A DNA stretch of 63,289 nucleotides, the filler included, from Octopus bimaculoides (lineage: Eukaryota), in the NCBI RefSeq assembly GCF_001194135.2. It is 7 parts of 7 records of this genome, joined end to end, with 100 filler letters (N's around TTAATTAATTAA, not from the genome) between each part and the next. Parts side by side here need not be neighbours in the genome. Positions count along the whole stretch, not along the records: positions 1 to 12,195 come from NC_068981.1; 6 more parts are not named here. The stretch is one strand, 5' to 3'. Both the position numbers and the translations under genes were made by a program. The notes beneath the pieces were generated by a model that saw only the letters and a list, made by a program, of their open reading frames with translations, did not search any database and was not told where the DNA came from. Shown here piece after piece: positions 1 through 12,195 of this stretch. Position 1 is the first letter of the stretch. Each line of letters opens with the position of its first letter.

Positions 1-28
1 ATAGAGAGAGAGAGAGAGAGAGAGAGAG
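1..28. repeat. (AG)n microsatellite
   Basis: Direct: atagagagag... run at the window start. Confidence 0.95.
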
Positions 29-233
29 CAATAAGAAAATGGAGGGGAATAGGTGGTATTCATCAACTTGCAGACATTGTATTGTGTCAGCTTGTTTATT
101 TGTTTACTAAAAGGACAATAATAACAATATACAAGCACATGTGACATATGATGTCATATCAGTAATTTAAAAAGGACATACAGTGACAGAAAATGGGATA
201 ATGACTTACAGCTGTTTCAGTCTAGGGTGACAT

Positions 234-366
234 GCAATATAGTACAGAAACAGTCTGCTCGTGAAATTAACGTGCAAGTGGTTGAGTACTCCACAGACAT
301 GCGTAACCCTTAACATAGTTCTGACAGAGATTTAGCGTGACACGGCTAGTCTTTCTAAATACAGGT
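234..366 (-). mobile_element. tRNA-derived SINE fragment (same family as 1864-2130 and 12300-12614)
   Basis: Shares gctcgtgaaattaacgtgcaa...cccttaacatagttct...aaatacaggta with the other copies; orientation taken from the copy at 12300-12614, which retains its tRNA-like head. Confidence 0.75.
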
Positions 367-378
367 ATGTATGTATTC

Positions 379-1433
379 TTAAGCCTAAGAACCTCTTCAA
401 GGATGTGGGGTGACAAAGCCTCCGGGGACATACTCAGAGACCATTACATTTTAGAGGAACTGATTTTCATGATACGTGAGACATCACATGGTTTGTAGGT
501 AACCCACTCTTCCAGTTCTATATTTAAGAGATGAGGAATTATATACATTATTTACATTATTTACATGTGACGGATACTTGCCCTCATCTTGACGTAGAGG
601 TTAAGAGCGAGGGCTACTAACCCCATGATTCTGAGTTCGATTCCAAGTAGTGACCTGAATAATAATGATAATGAAAATAACGATGATGATGATGATGATG
701 ATAATAATAATAACAACAAATACGTTAGGAATGAGAACCCTGGTTCGAAATTTCCCCAAGACACCTGATAAAGGCTGGAGTGTATATCAACCGTAACGTT
801 GTGTTAACAACAAAAAAGATGAGGACAAATATCCGTGAAATGTAAATAATGTAAATAAGCTACCTCTTGTTCTGCGTGTTGTGCAACTAGTCCCTGTCTG
901 AAGTTCTTTTGACCTCGGCTCAACAAGATGCCTCAGCCTGCTCGCTAGCTTTTTCATCTTCGTCTAGAGATTTTCCTTGACCTTGACTCGCGACTTCAAC
1001 AAACACTTCTCTCATTAAACTTGTACTCCCTTACTCGGACCTTCCGTCACTTTGTCCTGCAGTTGTTGGATGGATTCTGGCTTGCAGACGCGGTCAGAAC
1101 ACTTTCTATAGCCTTTCCTAGTGAACCACGGTTTCGTAGTCTCTGTTGCAGCATTCCATGTCTCCTCTTGCAGCCTTCATATTATTCATAGAGCACTGAG
1201 CAGCAGTAATGGTGTCGGCATTTTGATATTCAATGCAAACCATCGTCACACAGGTACACACTTTTCAATATTCATATGATTTCCATTCCTCCATGTCAAC
1301 TAACTTTCTCTCAACTACAACTTTAATCTTTACGTTCTCCAGCATCGTAGACTGTTCACTAGTTCACTAGTACATCAAGCTGTTTCTGAAAAGATATATA
1401 AAAAAAGATCGTCAAATTTACCCCGAACATCCG
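379..1433 (-). mobile_element. ITm (maT/Tc1-mariner-like) transposon remnant, copy 1, interrupted by the insertion at 513-858
   Basis: Near-identical to 2265-2971. TIR-like end cggatgttcggggtaaatttgacgat on the minus strand at about 1408-1433. Decayed transposase-like translations shared with copy 2. Confidence 0.7.
513..858 (+). mobile_element. Non-autonomous composite element: inverted termini, tRNA-like Pol III head, (AAT/GAT)n, degenerate hammerhead-like motif
   Basis: Absent from the paralogous site in copy 2 (about 2385). 548-590 is an imperfect reverse complement of 816-858. A-box-like gtagaggttaag (594-605) and B-box gagttcgattcc (633-644). Motif ACAC-CTGATAA-A-GGCTG..CAACC-GTAA-CG-TT-GTGT at 761-804. 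Confidence 0.65.
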
Positions 1434-1863
1434 AATGCTGGTAGTTAAGTGATTAGAAGATAGTAATATATTGTTTACTTTATCTCACGCGTCCTGTCGT
1501 TCCTGAGAACAATGGTCGACACTCTCTTTTTAAACTTAGGATGTGTTGTGTAAGCATTATTGAAATGCTTTATTGTACACATTGTCTCATTGTCTATATC
1601 TATATGTACATTTACAAATTCTGGACTTGATTTCTGGGAAACGTGAGAAGTGATAAGGTTAGTTCGTGGGTGTAACTGTTTCTTGGTACGTAGCCAGTAT
1701 TCATACATACATACATACTTACATAGAGGTAGTCTGATTCTATACAAACTTTGAGCACTTGTTAATTTTGCTTTTCCGTACATGAACACTGATTGTCAAA
1801 CAATGAAACTGTCAGTCAGTAGACTTCCTCATTATCTTCCCGGGCACCAATCGTACAGAAGCA

Positions 1864-2130
1864 ATATAGTACAGAGACAGCCTGCTCGTGAAATTAACGT
1901 GCAACTGGTTGGGTACTCCACAGACATGCGTGACCCTTAACATAGTTCTCAGAGTGTTTTAGCGTGACACAACGTGACAAGGCTGGTCCTTCGAAATACT
2001 GGTACTACTCATTTGTGCCAGCTGAGTAAACTGAAGCAAAGTGAAATAAAGTGTTTTGCCCAAGGACACAACGCGTCACCAGGAATCGAACTTACGACCG
2101 GGATCCGAATCGAAATTACAACCTTACGAT
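1864..2130 (-). mobile_element. tRNA-derived SINE (CORE-like middle: ttttgcccaaggacacaac)
   Basis: Same family sequence as 234-366; B-box-like ggaatcgaac read on the plus strand at about 2082. Confidence 0.7.
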
Positions 2131-2159
2131 CTCTGAAAATCACTTCTGATTCCGGAGGT

Positions 2160-2971
2160 ATGTAAGGAGCCGAATACTGCTACCACATATAAATCCTTCC
2201 AGCAGCAACCTTCACCAGCCGGAGCTTGGCCAGTGTTTCCAGCAGCTTCACTTAGCTGTCTGAATTAAGCCTAAGAACCTCTTCAAAGATGTGGGGTGAC
2301 AAAGCCTCTGTAGACATACTCAGAGACCATTACAGGTTAGGGGAATTGATTTTCATGACACGTGAGACATCATATGGATTGTAGGCAAGGCACCTCTTGT
2401 TCTGCGTGTTTTGCAACTAGTCCCTGACTGAAGTTCTTTTCACCTCGGCTCAACAAGATGCCTCAGCCAGCTCGCTAGCTTTTTCTTCTTCGTCTAGAGA
2501 TTTTCCTTGACCTTGACTGTCATGACGGCGACTTCAACAAACATTTCTCTCGCTAAAAAACGTACTCCCTTACTCGGACCTTCCGTCACATTGTCCTGCA
2601 GTTCTTGGATGAATTCTGGCTTGCAGACGCGGTCAGAACGCCTTCTATAGCCTTTCCTGGTGGCCACGGTTTCGTAGTCTCTGTTGCAGCATTCCATGTC
2701 TCATCTTGCAGCCTTCATATTATTCATAGAGCACTGAGCAGCAGTCATGGTGTTGGCATTTTGATATTCAATGCAAACCATCATCATACAGGTACCCGCT
2801 TTTCAATATTCATATGATTTCCATTCCTCCATGTCAACTAACTTTCTCTCAACTACAACTTTAATCTTTACGTTCTCCAGCATCGTAAACTGTTCACTAG
2901 TTCACTAGTACATCAAGCTGTTTCTGAAAAGATATATAAAAAAAGATCGTCAAATTTACCCCGAACATCCG
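2160..2971 (-). mobile_element. ITm (maT/Tc1-mariner-like) transposase remnant, copy 2
   Basis: Minus-strand translations RRRSDRVCKPEFIQELQDNVTEGPSKGVRFLAREM (HTH region, ORF 2494-2697), PHIFEEVLRLNSDS and LVKVAAGRIYMW*QYSAP (cf. VAAGRPYVWQQDSAP) resemble this family; frameshifted with stops. Confidence 0.75.
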
Positions 2972-3950
2972 AATGCTGGTAGCTACGTGATCAGAAGATA
3001 GTAAATCTATTGTTTACGTTATCTCACGCGTCCTGTCGTTCCTGGGAACAATAGTCGATACTGTCATTTTAATTTTAGGATGTGTTGTGTAAGCATTATT
3101 GAAATGCTTTATTGTGCACATTTTCTCCTTTTCTAGTATCAATATGTACATTTACAAATTCTGGACTTGATTTCTGAGAAACGTGAGAAATGGTAAGGTT
3201 AGTTCGTGGGTGTTATTGTTTCTTGATACGTAGCCAGTATTCATATATACTTACATAGAGGCAGTCTAATTCTATTCAAATTTTGTACACTTGTTGTTAA
3301 TTTTGCATTTCCGTACATGAACACAGCTGTAGCTTCTGAATCTCGAGAGGTGTTTGAAATTTTCATTACAAACACTGTGAATATGTCTCAGCTCAAGTGG
3401 CACAGTCTGGTATATCTTGTCTGATGTGCGAATGTTTAAATGTCTTTTTACACCAGCAGGGGACTTACATGTCTTATTACAAATACGGCACATTAGCGCG
3501 TCGGCTGGTATAATGTTTGTGTTACATGGGCCAACTGCATGAAAATGAGTTCTAAGTAGTGTTGTTCGGTCTGCCTTAGAAACGTCTTACCACATGTGGA
3601 CGAAGAAAGGCCCTATTCCTGTGTTTAACAAAGTGCTATTTTTCGGTAGGTTTTTAATTCATTTTTGAATACTTTTATTCCTTTCCCCGAAATCTTTTAG
3701 CCCAGTTGAGACATGTTTCCGTCATCTCTCATAGTGAAGTGCGATAAATCTTTGTATGGTATATTCAACGCTTCAAGATTGGTTCCTAGCAAGTATTTAT
3801 AGCATTTTTGTTTCAGTTTTTACTGTCTTCGTTTCCCAGAAGTTAACACACCATAAAGAGAAAGCTGCTTAAGGAAGCCCTTATTCCACATCCATTTTGG
3901 ATGGCCATCCCACCTTAGCTGATTTGAAATCAGCAAAGTGTGAATTTGTA
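2972..3950 (-). mobile_element. RTE-type LINE 3' end (ORF2 C-terminus with C2H2 fingers plus tail), decayed
   Basis: TLLISNQLRWDGH...FLKQLSLYGVLTSGKRRQ (RTE QLRWxGH...KQLLYGEL motif); CRICNKTCKSPAGVKRHLNI zinc finger (ORF 3272-3493). Its tail is duplicated at 1434-1789. Confidence 0.75.
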
Positions 3951-4519
3951 ACCTAGCAGTTCGACAATATACACCAATAGATAAGTACCTGACTTTAAGT
4001 ACTGGGTTCGATATTTTCAATAAACCCTTTCAAAGTTATGCTCCAGCATGGCCACAATGCTGTATATTAAAACAAGTAAATGATAATAGATACTTACCAC
4101 TATCGAGGCTTCCTAATTCTTTTCTTCTTTTTCATATTTCAGTCATGCGACTGTAGCCCTGCTGGTGCACCTCCTTAAAATTCAAATTTATTTCAATTTT
4201 CTGTTTCTTTCTGTTCTACACTGTGTCGTTCAGAGTATTAATTAATTAATGGCGCGCCGTCGAAAGTGAAAATACGCAGATTAAGCTTGCCAACACGATA
4301 CTAGCTCAGTTCATGACAATTTTATAAACAGCAGACCTGTGCTTATTGGTTGAAGAAAGGGAAGATCTTCAAACAAACTGTCTGTTAAGAGACTTCCTCA
4401 TTCTTTTTTCGGTCACAAATCGTACAGAAACAATGCGTGTGAAGCCTTACAATATTTAAATAATAATATTCAAATTTATTTCAGTTCTTCACATACATAA
4501 TGACACCTACATAATGACA

Positions 4520-4650
4520 CCTGTCTTATCTTCGAAACGTCAGGTTAGAATAGAGACAGCTGATGAAGGAATATTCCAAGTGGCTTTCCGTTTTCCTCTG
4601 TGTTCGTTCCGTTGTCTGTAGTTCATTGTTCTAACGTCCTGTACCCTGAT
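4520..4650 (+). mobile_element. Short repeat-family copy with Penelope-like terminal motifs (paralog at about 28720-28860, minus strand)
   Basis: tcttcgaaacg...gttagaat...cagctgatgaaggaa...acgtcctgtaccc is shared with the reverse complement of 28728-28856. The Penelope link is an inference. Confidence 0.45.
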
Positions 4651-4716
4651 ATGCATATATATACACATGTAGATGTATGTACATATATGTGTGTATACAT
4701 GTATATATATTCTTTG

Positions 4717-4764
<48 letters not shown>

Positions 4765-4884
4765 GTGTGTGTGTATGTGTGCATGTATATACGTTTGTAT
4801 GTCTACTGTTTACGTCATAAAAATTTAGGAACTTCGAGTGACATGAAGTAAATCGATACGGGACAATGATAAAATAATACAATA

Positions 4885-7680
4885 ATAGTGTGTTGTGAAT
4901 ACAGATCTTTGAGAAACTCCGCTGTGGACTGACGTCTCCTTAGAGAGAGCATTATTGGTTGCAACTGTCTTTTAAAATGTCATGCAACCACTCTTCCAGT
5001 TTTCCAGTCATAGCAAGGTCATGTAGTAGTTTGTGACATATCATCCCATGATCAACTTTGGCTAAGTCGAGATATATCACATTCCCATTTGAGTGGTTGA
5101 GCTCCTGTTTCAGTACTCAATCATAATGTTGTGGTAGCTGTGTGAAGTAGCTCTTCCCTGGGCGGGTCCATGTTGTGTGTTAGTGAGAAAGTTATTCTCT
5201 TCTAGAAACGTGATCCTTCTCCTTCTGATAATGTGCTCCATGACCTTGCTAACATGTAAAGTCAGAGAGATAGACCTGTAATTTTTAGTATCTGCTTTAC
5301 CCCTTACATTAAGGGTAGGGCATATGATACCCTCTTTTAACAGTTAGGTAAGTTTTCTGCATGCAAGGAAACTCTGAAGCAGTATCTGCACTGGTTTTGT
5401 CAGAACTTCCTTGCATGTTTTTAGGAGAACAGCCGGAAATCCATCCGGGCCGTTGCTGGGTTTAAGCTCATCTCATTAATGGCCGATATTACAGCATCCT
5501 CTTTTATGTCGACGAAATCGATAGCTGCCTTTCCCCATGCAGGTCTACAGTATTGACGAACACTTTAGGCTCGCTTATTTGCATGTTTCCCAGCGGAGAG
5601 GTGGAGACACTCTGAAATTGTTTATTAAGCACTTTATTTATCCTCTTGAGGTCCGCAGTTAGCGAGCAGTCTTCTTTAAACTGTCTCTCTATCGTGTAGT
5701 GCACCGAGACAAAGAGCTTTCAGGAACTTGTAGAAAGCTTTGAGATTTATTTTTATATTTTCCACTGCCCAGGTTTCTCTTTGTACCCTTTCCTTTTCAT
5801 GGTAGAATTTGAATTTATTTTCGATCTCTAGAAGCGCCTCTTTGAGGAGGGATTTTTCACTTTTATTAGGTTGTCTATTTAAGTGATTGGAGATCTGTAT
5901 TCTCCTCTCATAAGGACTCTTCTATCTCGAGGAATGATGTTTTTGTAGTTTCTCTCTTCTCTGGGACAAATTGAAATGGCTCGCATTATTGACATGAATT
6001 CTTCAAGTTTCACATCAATGTCTTGCATATAGAGACTTTTAGCCAATTCTGCTTGATAATCCATTTTTCAATAGACTGCCGATAAATCTTGTAGTTCAGA
6101 CTGAAGAGAGTTTGGCTGTCGTCTGTGTTGAACACATCATTAATTGGTTTTGGACCATACATCATCAATTCTATCATGTTGTGAAGATTGTCGGTGTTAT
6201 CTTCACGTTGTGAATAAGATCTACATTGTTGAAACAGAGTTTTAATATGTTATTCATAGTTAGGGAGAGTATTTTTGTGAGATCAAGTGGAGATTCTGCT
6301 TGATTGCGCTCTTTGCATGTCATTCCTGAGATTATGTGGCCTTTAGGCCAGTTGATGTTGAGGAGGTTGAAGTCACCCATCAGAAGTACATTAACGCGTT
6401 GTTATAATTTCATTAGCACTTTTATCATTGTAAAGTTTTCCTCAAATTTACCATCATGATTTGAGGTATTAGGTGAGCGATATAATGTGAATACTACCAC
6501 ATCCAGTTGCTTTAAATGAACTATGTATCACAGATCGAGTTTGAGTGTGACAACAGGGTTAATGGTACGACATCTTCATGCAAGCCCACCGTGACTTCGT
6601 TCCCTTCTGTTCGCACGGAACACAGTATACATTGGTTTGTGTATCTCTGCATAATTTGCATTTGCAGACTGATAGGTCTCCTTAAACGCAATGCGCAATG
6701 CATATCGCTTGATTGCATGCAGAAAGGTACCATAGATAAGCAATTTTGCACTTGCTGTTGTTTTGTAGAAGGTCACTATTATTTATTAGAAGAATTGGTG
6801 TGATTTCCAGCTTTCCTGTTTCTGTTATTTTTGGTGATCTTGTATGTGGGTGTGCGTGACTTAATTGTGTTTGCAACTATGCTAGCTGCTGCACCATCCT
6901 TTCTACCACACTTAAAAAGACTTTGTTGTACTATGGTTGTAGCTCGCACTGTATGTGCATACAACTTTTTGGTCTTTATTGCAGGCCTGTAATGTGAAAA
7001 GAGTTCCTCCAGGCATAGTTTTGTCCTATCTTGGTGGCGGTGCGTTTTGCCATGTGTGCCATCTGCCTGAGCTTTAGATGCGCAAAGCAGCAGTTCGTCC
7101 CCATCTCTCACTGTTAAAAGATACCTTTGAGGAGGTGAAACTTACAAATGCTACGTGTTTCACGTACCATCTTCTTTCGATTTCTATTTCTCTTTTTGTT
7201 TCCTTTTTTGACTCTGGCCCCTTTTCTAACAGGCTTCACAGTTCCTTTACCTTTCCCATTGTTTTGGGGGCGATGGTATTAGGCTGCTTTTTTGGAGGCT
7301 TTCAACTTCTTTCCTTTTTTTTCGATTTCTCCATCTCCATGAACTTGTATACCTTTGTTCATGGTAACCTTTTTAGTGCCTTCCTTATTGGGTCTTCTAC
7401 ACGAAGGTTCAGCATTGGAACTCTTCTTTACATCAGGTATTGTACCTGATAACTCACATTTTTTAAAATGGCATTCAGCTTCTCCAAATGAAGTCTGACG
7501 AGTGCATAGGAGCGAATGAATTAACTTTTCTTCCGCACTATTTGCGCCACGAACCTACTGAATCCTACACTTTTCAGAGCCGCAGTGATAACATTGTTGT
7601 GAAGATCGTTCACAGCTATTGCCCAGGTTCTGAGGAAAAGGTCTATTCTTCGACGTTGCAGTTTCTCGACGACATATAAA
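4885..7680 (-). mobile_element. CR1/L2-like LINE remnant: ORF1, APE endonuclease, N-terminal RT
   Basis: APE motifs: IAFKET...AEIHKPMYTVFRANRRERSHGG, VFTLYRSP, MGDFN (about 6370). RT: PSNGPDGFPAVLLKTCKE, NYRSISLT..VSKVMEH, SGVSQRS (cf. SGVPQGS) at about 4905-4930. Many stops; truncated before YADD. The ORF1 assignment is weaker. Confidence 0.85.
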
Positions 7681-8313
7681 AGTAATAATTTAAATGAGGA
7701 ACGGTGAAGTCAAATTGACATTACAATTGTTTCCGTAAACGGACAATATTTTAATTTCACATCTTATACAATGTTATGTAATACATGTCATAATCTATGG
7801 ATATGTGTAATAATTTATAGTCTAATCTCTTCCTCAGATGTCATGATTTGAAGGCACCATATACCTTTTATTAAGATATTTTGTTTTAAACCTACAGGAA
7901 ACATCAAGAAAATGTCATGTGATCGGTCCATTGTGACATCCTAAATGAACTCATCACAAAACATTCATTTGCTCGAGGGTGTCTTCAGATCATGAAATCC
8001 GAGGATGCGAATATAGAATTATTACATATTTCTATATATTATGGCATGTATCATATAACATTATATGACATGTATAATAAAGATATTAACTGTTGTAACA
8101 TCAATTTGAATTCTTTCCTCATTTGAACTCTAATTTTTATTATCAATCTGCGGGGCTTATTTTAGGCCTATTGGATCTACTTTGGAATTATGTAGTGATC
8201 CCATTTACATTAATCGAAGCCTTACGGATCTCAGTTTGATTTCGGAATACTATACTAGCCAAAATCCAGCATGATATACAAATGAAGTGATAGCCAAAAT
8301 TGTAATAATACCC

Positions 8314-8428
8314 TCAATCAATCAATCAATCAATCAGTCAGTCAGTCAGTCAGTCAGTCAGTCAGTCAGTCAGTCTGTCTGTCTGTTTGTCCATCCATCC
8401 ATCCATCCATCCATCCATCCATCCATCC

Positions 8429-8489
<61 letters not shown>

Positions 8490-8529
8490 CATGCATGCAT
8501 GCATACATACATACATACATACATACATG
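8314..8529. repeat. Compound tetranucleotide array (TCAA)(TCAG)(TCTG)(TCCA)(TCTA)(TGCA)(TACA)
   Basis: Direct reading. Confidence 0.95.
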
Positions 8530-8649
8530 CATAAACTATTAACTCAAGAAATATAAGAGGTAAATATATGTTTATTTACCCAATTGAATTGAATAACGTT
8601 ACAGCCGTTTCGCATCCTTATCCATGGTTCTGAGTTATCTTATATTTTT

Positions 8650-8860
8650 GTCTTTTAATTGTTTCAGTCATTAGACTGTGGCTATGCTGGAGCGTCGACT
8701 TGATGAATTTTTGTCGAACGAATCGACCCCTCACTTTTTAAGCTTGATAATTATTCTGTCGGTATCTTTTGCCGATCAGCTTGGTTACAAGAATGTAAAC
8801 ATACAAACATCGGTTGTCAAGTAGTGACGGGCGCAAACACAAACATGAAGTCACACAGGC
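8650..8860 (-). mobile_element. Octopus-type SINE 3' half, followed by (CA)n at about 8895-8968
   Basis: tgtttcagtcattagactgtggctatgctggagc...catcggttgtcaag matches 11873-12195 and 28222-28610. Confidence 0.7.
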
Positions 8861-8893
8861 ACACACACAGAGGCACAGACAGACAGACAAACC

Positions 8894-8971
<78 letters not shown>

Positions 8972-8999
8972 GGCATGCGTTTCTAATCTCGATTCCACG

Positions 9000-10523
9000 T
9001 ATACAATGTTATATATTCTATTCATAGTTCTGTTATTGTTTTCTATTTATACTTAGCCTCCATTTTTTACACGGTCAGCCACATTCCAACCTTCCTTCTC
9101 GCTCTTTGTTTAGTTCCCTTTTATGTGTCCTGCTTTCCATATTTAGAAAACCAAATGAGTATTAACTGGAGTTGATCAATTGATTGTGAATGAAATTAGA
9201 GACGGGTAAGCTGTACGAAAGCTTCTTGTATACATACGTGCACACTCACACTCACACTCACATACACGCAGGCATACACGCACACATAACTAGACGCGCC
9301 CATATATTTCTAGTCATGTATAACAATGGTTGTATTCGCATTTTCCGTATATGTCCACGAGTGTCTGTCAGGCAACTTTTGGTTACAACTCATCAGAGAC
9401 GTAATGTTTCAGAAACTATGAACACTGTTTTTGGTTCAGTTTCTATTGGTTATGATGGGAGAAGAGGCAACAAAAGACAGGGTGAGGTTGTAGAGATGCG
9501 TGTGTACGTATGTGCGTATACAAGAAGCTTTCGTATAGTTTACCCATCTGGTGGTTCCTGGAAGAACTCAGTGTAGTATTCAGTCCTTGTTTACACTCCT
9601 TGTGCGCATGTGCAAGTTCTTCGCAATCAGCTATGTAACACGTGGTGCTTCTTTGCTTATTAGACTAACAGAACGTCACAGTGATGTGTAAAATACTCGC
9701 TTCTGATTGGCTAAAATGTCCAAATTTTGCTAATTTTAAAGGCTAATAACTTTTTAATTAGGAATGTGTGCTAGTAAAATGATTTTCTTAATTACTATAC
9801 AAAACTTAATCCATATACTAAATTTGAAAAGAATTGGAATAAAATTGTAGACAGTAACGATAACCACAATGATCCAAAACTCATTTGCATGGATCTCTAA
9901 TTAGCATTTCTTTATTGGACACTCAAATCTCTCGCCCTAACTTTATTCTTATAAACAGTTGTCCATGTTTGTATTGCCATTTAACCAAATCTAGATTTAC
10001 CAATTCTCCTCTATTCCTTATGCAGTCGAGCGGGAAGAACCGTCAGCACGTTTGAGCGAAATGTTTAGCGGTATTTCGTCCGTCTATACGTTGTCAGTTC
10101 AAGTTCTGTCAAGTTTGACTTTGGCTTTCATCCTTCTAGGGTCGATAAAATAAGTACCAGTCGTGTACTGGGGTCGATGTAAATGACTAACGCCTCCCCC
10201 AATCTTGCTGGTCTTGTGCTAAAATATGAAACCAATATCATTTCGCTGCCATTCTTTTCTAATCTTAATTGCACCTATAGTGTTATATATTATATTCATA
10301 GTTTTGCTTTTCTTTTCTGTTTATATTTAACCTTCAGTTACACGCTCAATTACACTTCGACCTTTCTTTAGTTCTCTGCTTAGTTCCATTTTTGTTTCCT
10401 ACTTTCCATATTTAGAAGATCAAATGAGTTTTAACTGGTGTTGATCAATGGACCGTGAATGAAATTAGAGAGGGGAAGGCGAAAGCTTCTTTTATATACA
10501 CATGCTCGCGTACTCTCAGACAA

Positions 10524-10573
<50 letters not shown>

Positions 10574-11338
10574 CCTCTCACTCTCTCTCACACTCTTTCT
10601 CTCTCTCTCTTTCTCTCTCTCTCTCTCACACACACACGCAGGCATACGCACTGACAGACCTAGACTCACTCATATTTTTCTATTCATATATAACAGTGGT
10701 TGTATTCATATTCTCCGTATATGGCCATGATTGTTTGTCAGTTTGTCAGGCAACTGTTGACTACAACTCATCAGAGACGTAATGTTTCAGAAAAGGTGAA
10801 CATTATTCTTGTTCCAATTTCTATTGGTTGTGGCAGAAGGGGTAGCTACAGACATGGTAAGCTATTAGGGATGAAACGCCGAAACTGAGAAGTAGTAAGT
10901 GATCTTCTAAATAAGGAAAAAGGGAACTAAGTAGAGAACGAGAAGAAAAGTCGAAGTGCAATTGAGCGTGTAAATGAAGGCTAAGTATAAATAGGAAGGA
11001 AAAATAAAACTATGAATAGAATATATGACAGTGTATAGGTTGAATGAAAATTAGAAAAGAGTGACAGAGAAATGATATTAATAGCAATATTTATTGGTAG
11101 AGAAGCGAGAGAGAAGTGAGGTAGATATCGACTGCATTAGGAATGGAAGAGAATTGGTAAAGTTGGATTTGGTTAAATGGCAATACAAACATGGACAACT
11201 GTATTTACGAATAAAGTTAGCGCCAGAGATATGAGTGTTCAATAAAGAAACGCTAAATAGGGATCTATACAAATGAGTTTTAACTGGAGGTGATCAGTTA
11301 ATGAAATTAGAGATGGGGAAATTGTACGAAAGCTTTAT

Positions 11339-11345
<7 letters not shown>
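9000..11345. repeat. Local three-copy duplicated unit with internal inverted copies
   Basis: caaatgagt(a/t)ttaactgg...aatgaaattagag at about 9154, 10420 and 11270. 9250-9495 matches about 10635-10870. Inverted pairs 9200-9245/9499-9550 and 10270-10388/10920-11042. Confidence 0.8.
10025..10237 (+). mobile_element. MetaSINE-like tRNA-derived SINE
   Basis: Central ctttcatcc..ggggtcgataaaataagtaccag resembles the Meta domain. Further copies at about 15404-15595(-), 21225-21412(+), 37969-38168(-), 39212-39412(-), 47565-47720(+), 47797-48005(+), 48620-48811(+). Confidence 0.75.
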
Positions 11346-11371
<26 letters not shown>

Positions 11372-11872
11372 NNNNNNNNNNNNNNNNNNNNNNNNNNNNN
11401 NNNNNNNNNNNNNNNNNNNNNNNNNNNNNNNNNNNNNNNNNNNNNNNNNNNNNNNNNNNNNNNNNNNNNNNNNNNNNNNNNNNNNNNNNNNNNNNNNNNN
11501 NNNNNNNNNNNNNNNNNNNNNNNNNNNNNNNNNNNNNNNNNNNNNNTATTGTTTCGGGGCATCGCACTCATGATCGTGAGAACTTAGTTTCAGTACGTGG
11601 ACCGGGTGGTATGTTGTGTTCTTAAGTAAAACGCTTCATCCCATGCTACTCTGTGATCACAAGGACCCCTGGTTTGTGGTAAACTACGCACCTGCTGAAG
11701 CAAAGTCGATCTGATGGATGGAACGAGCTAGTTTCATTAATATAAACAAATCATTTGCGCACGTTATTCAGCAAGAAATTGCTGACGTGCAATGAAATGA
11801 TGTTTGCATCCTAGTTCTGCGGTTTAATACCAGTGTTTAGTGAAAACTAAGTACTGTATATATATATACACC

Positions 11873-12195
11873 CTTTACTCTTTACTCTTTTACTTGTTTC
11901 GGTCATTTGACTGCGGCCATGCTGGAGAACCGCATTTAGTCGAGCAAATCGACCCCAGGACTTATTCTTTGGAAGCCTAGTACTTATTCTATCGGTCTCT
12001 TTTGCCGAATCGCTAAGTTACGGGGACATAAACACACCAGCATCCGTTGTCAAGCGATGTTGGGGGGACAAACACAGACACACAAACATATACACACACA
12101 TACATACATATAAATATATATACATATATACGACGGGATTCTTTCAGTTTCCGTCTACCAAATCCACTCACAAGTCTTTGGTCGGCCCGAGGCTA
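11873..12195 (-). mobile_element. Octopus-type SINE, near full length, cut by a gap
   Basis: (tactctt)n tail, gactgcggccatgctggag, internal (CA/TA) tract, tttcagtttccgtctaccaaatccactcacaag. Other copies at about 12870-13145(-), 16555-16705(-), 35078-35450(-), 42405-42550(-), 54805-54935(-). Confidence 0.85.

Noticed and set aside
4531-4577. Permuted hammerhead (GAAAC...CTGATGA), also 28805-28856 on the minus strand
   Set aside because: Core words are present, but no consistent stem I or NUH site across the two copies.
9385-9412. Minus-strand gaaacattacgtctctgatgag as a ribozyme (also about 10765-10790)
   Set aside because: Only one base separates GTC from CTGATGA, so stem I cannot form.
9190-9576. 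ORFs sharing RQLLxTTHQRRNVSE (with 10700-10888)
   Set aside because: The similarity follows from DNA duplication; frames differ upstream and include microsatellite translation.
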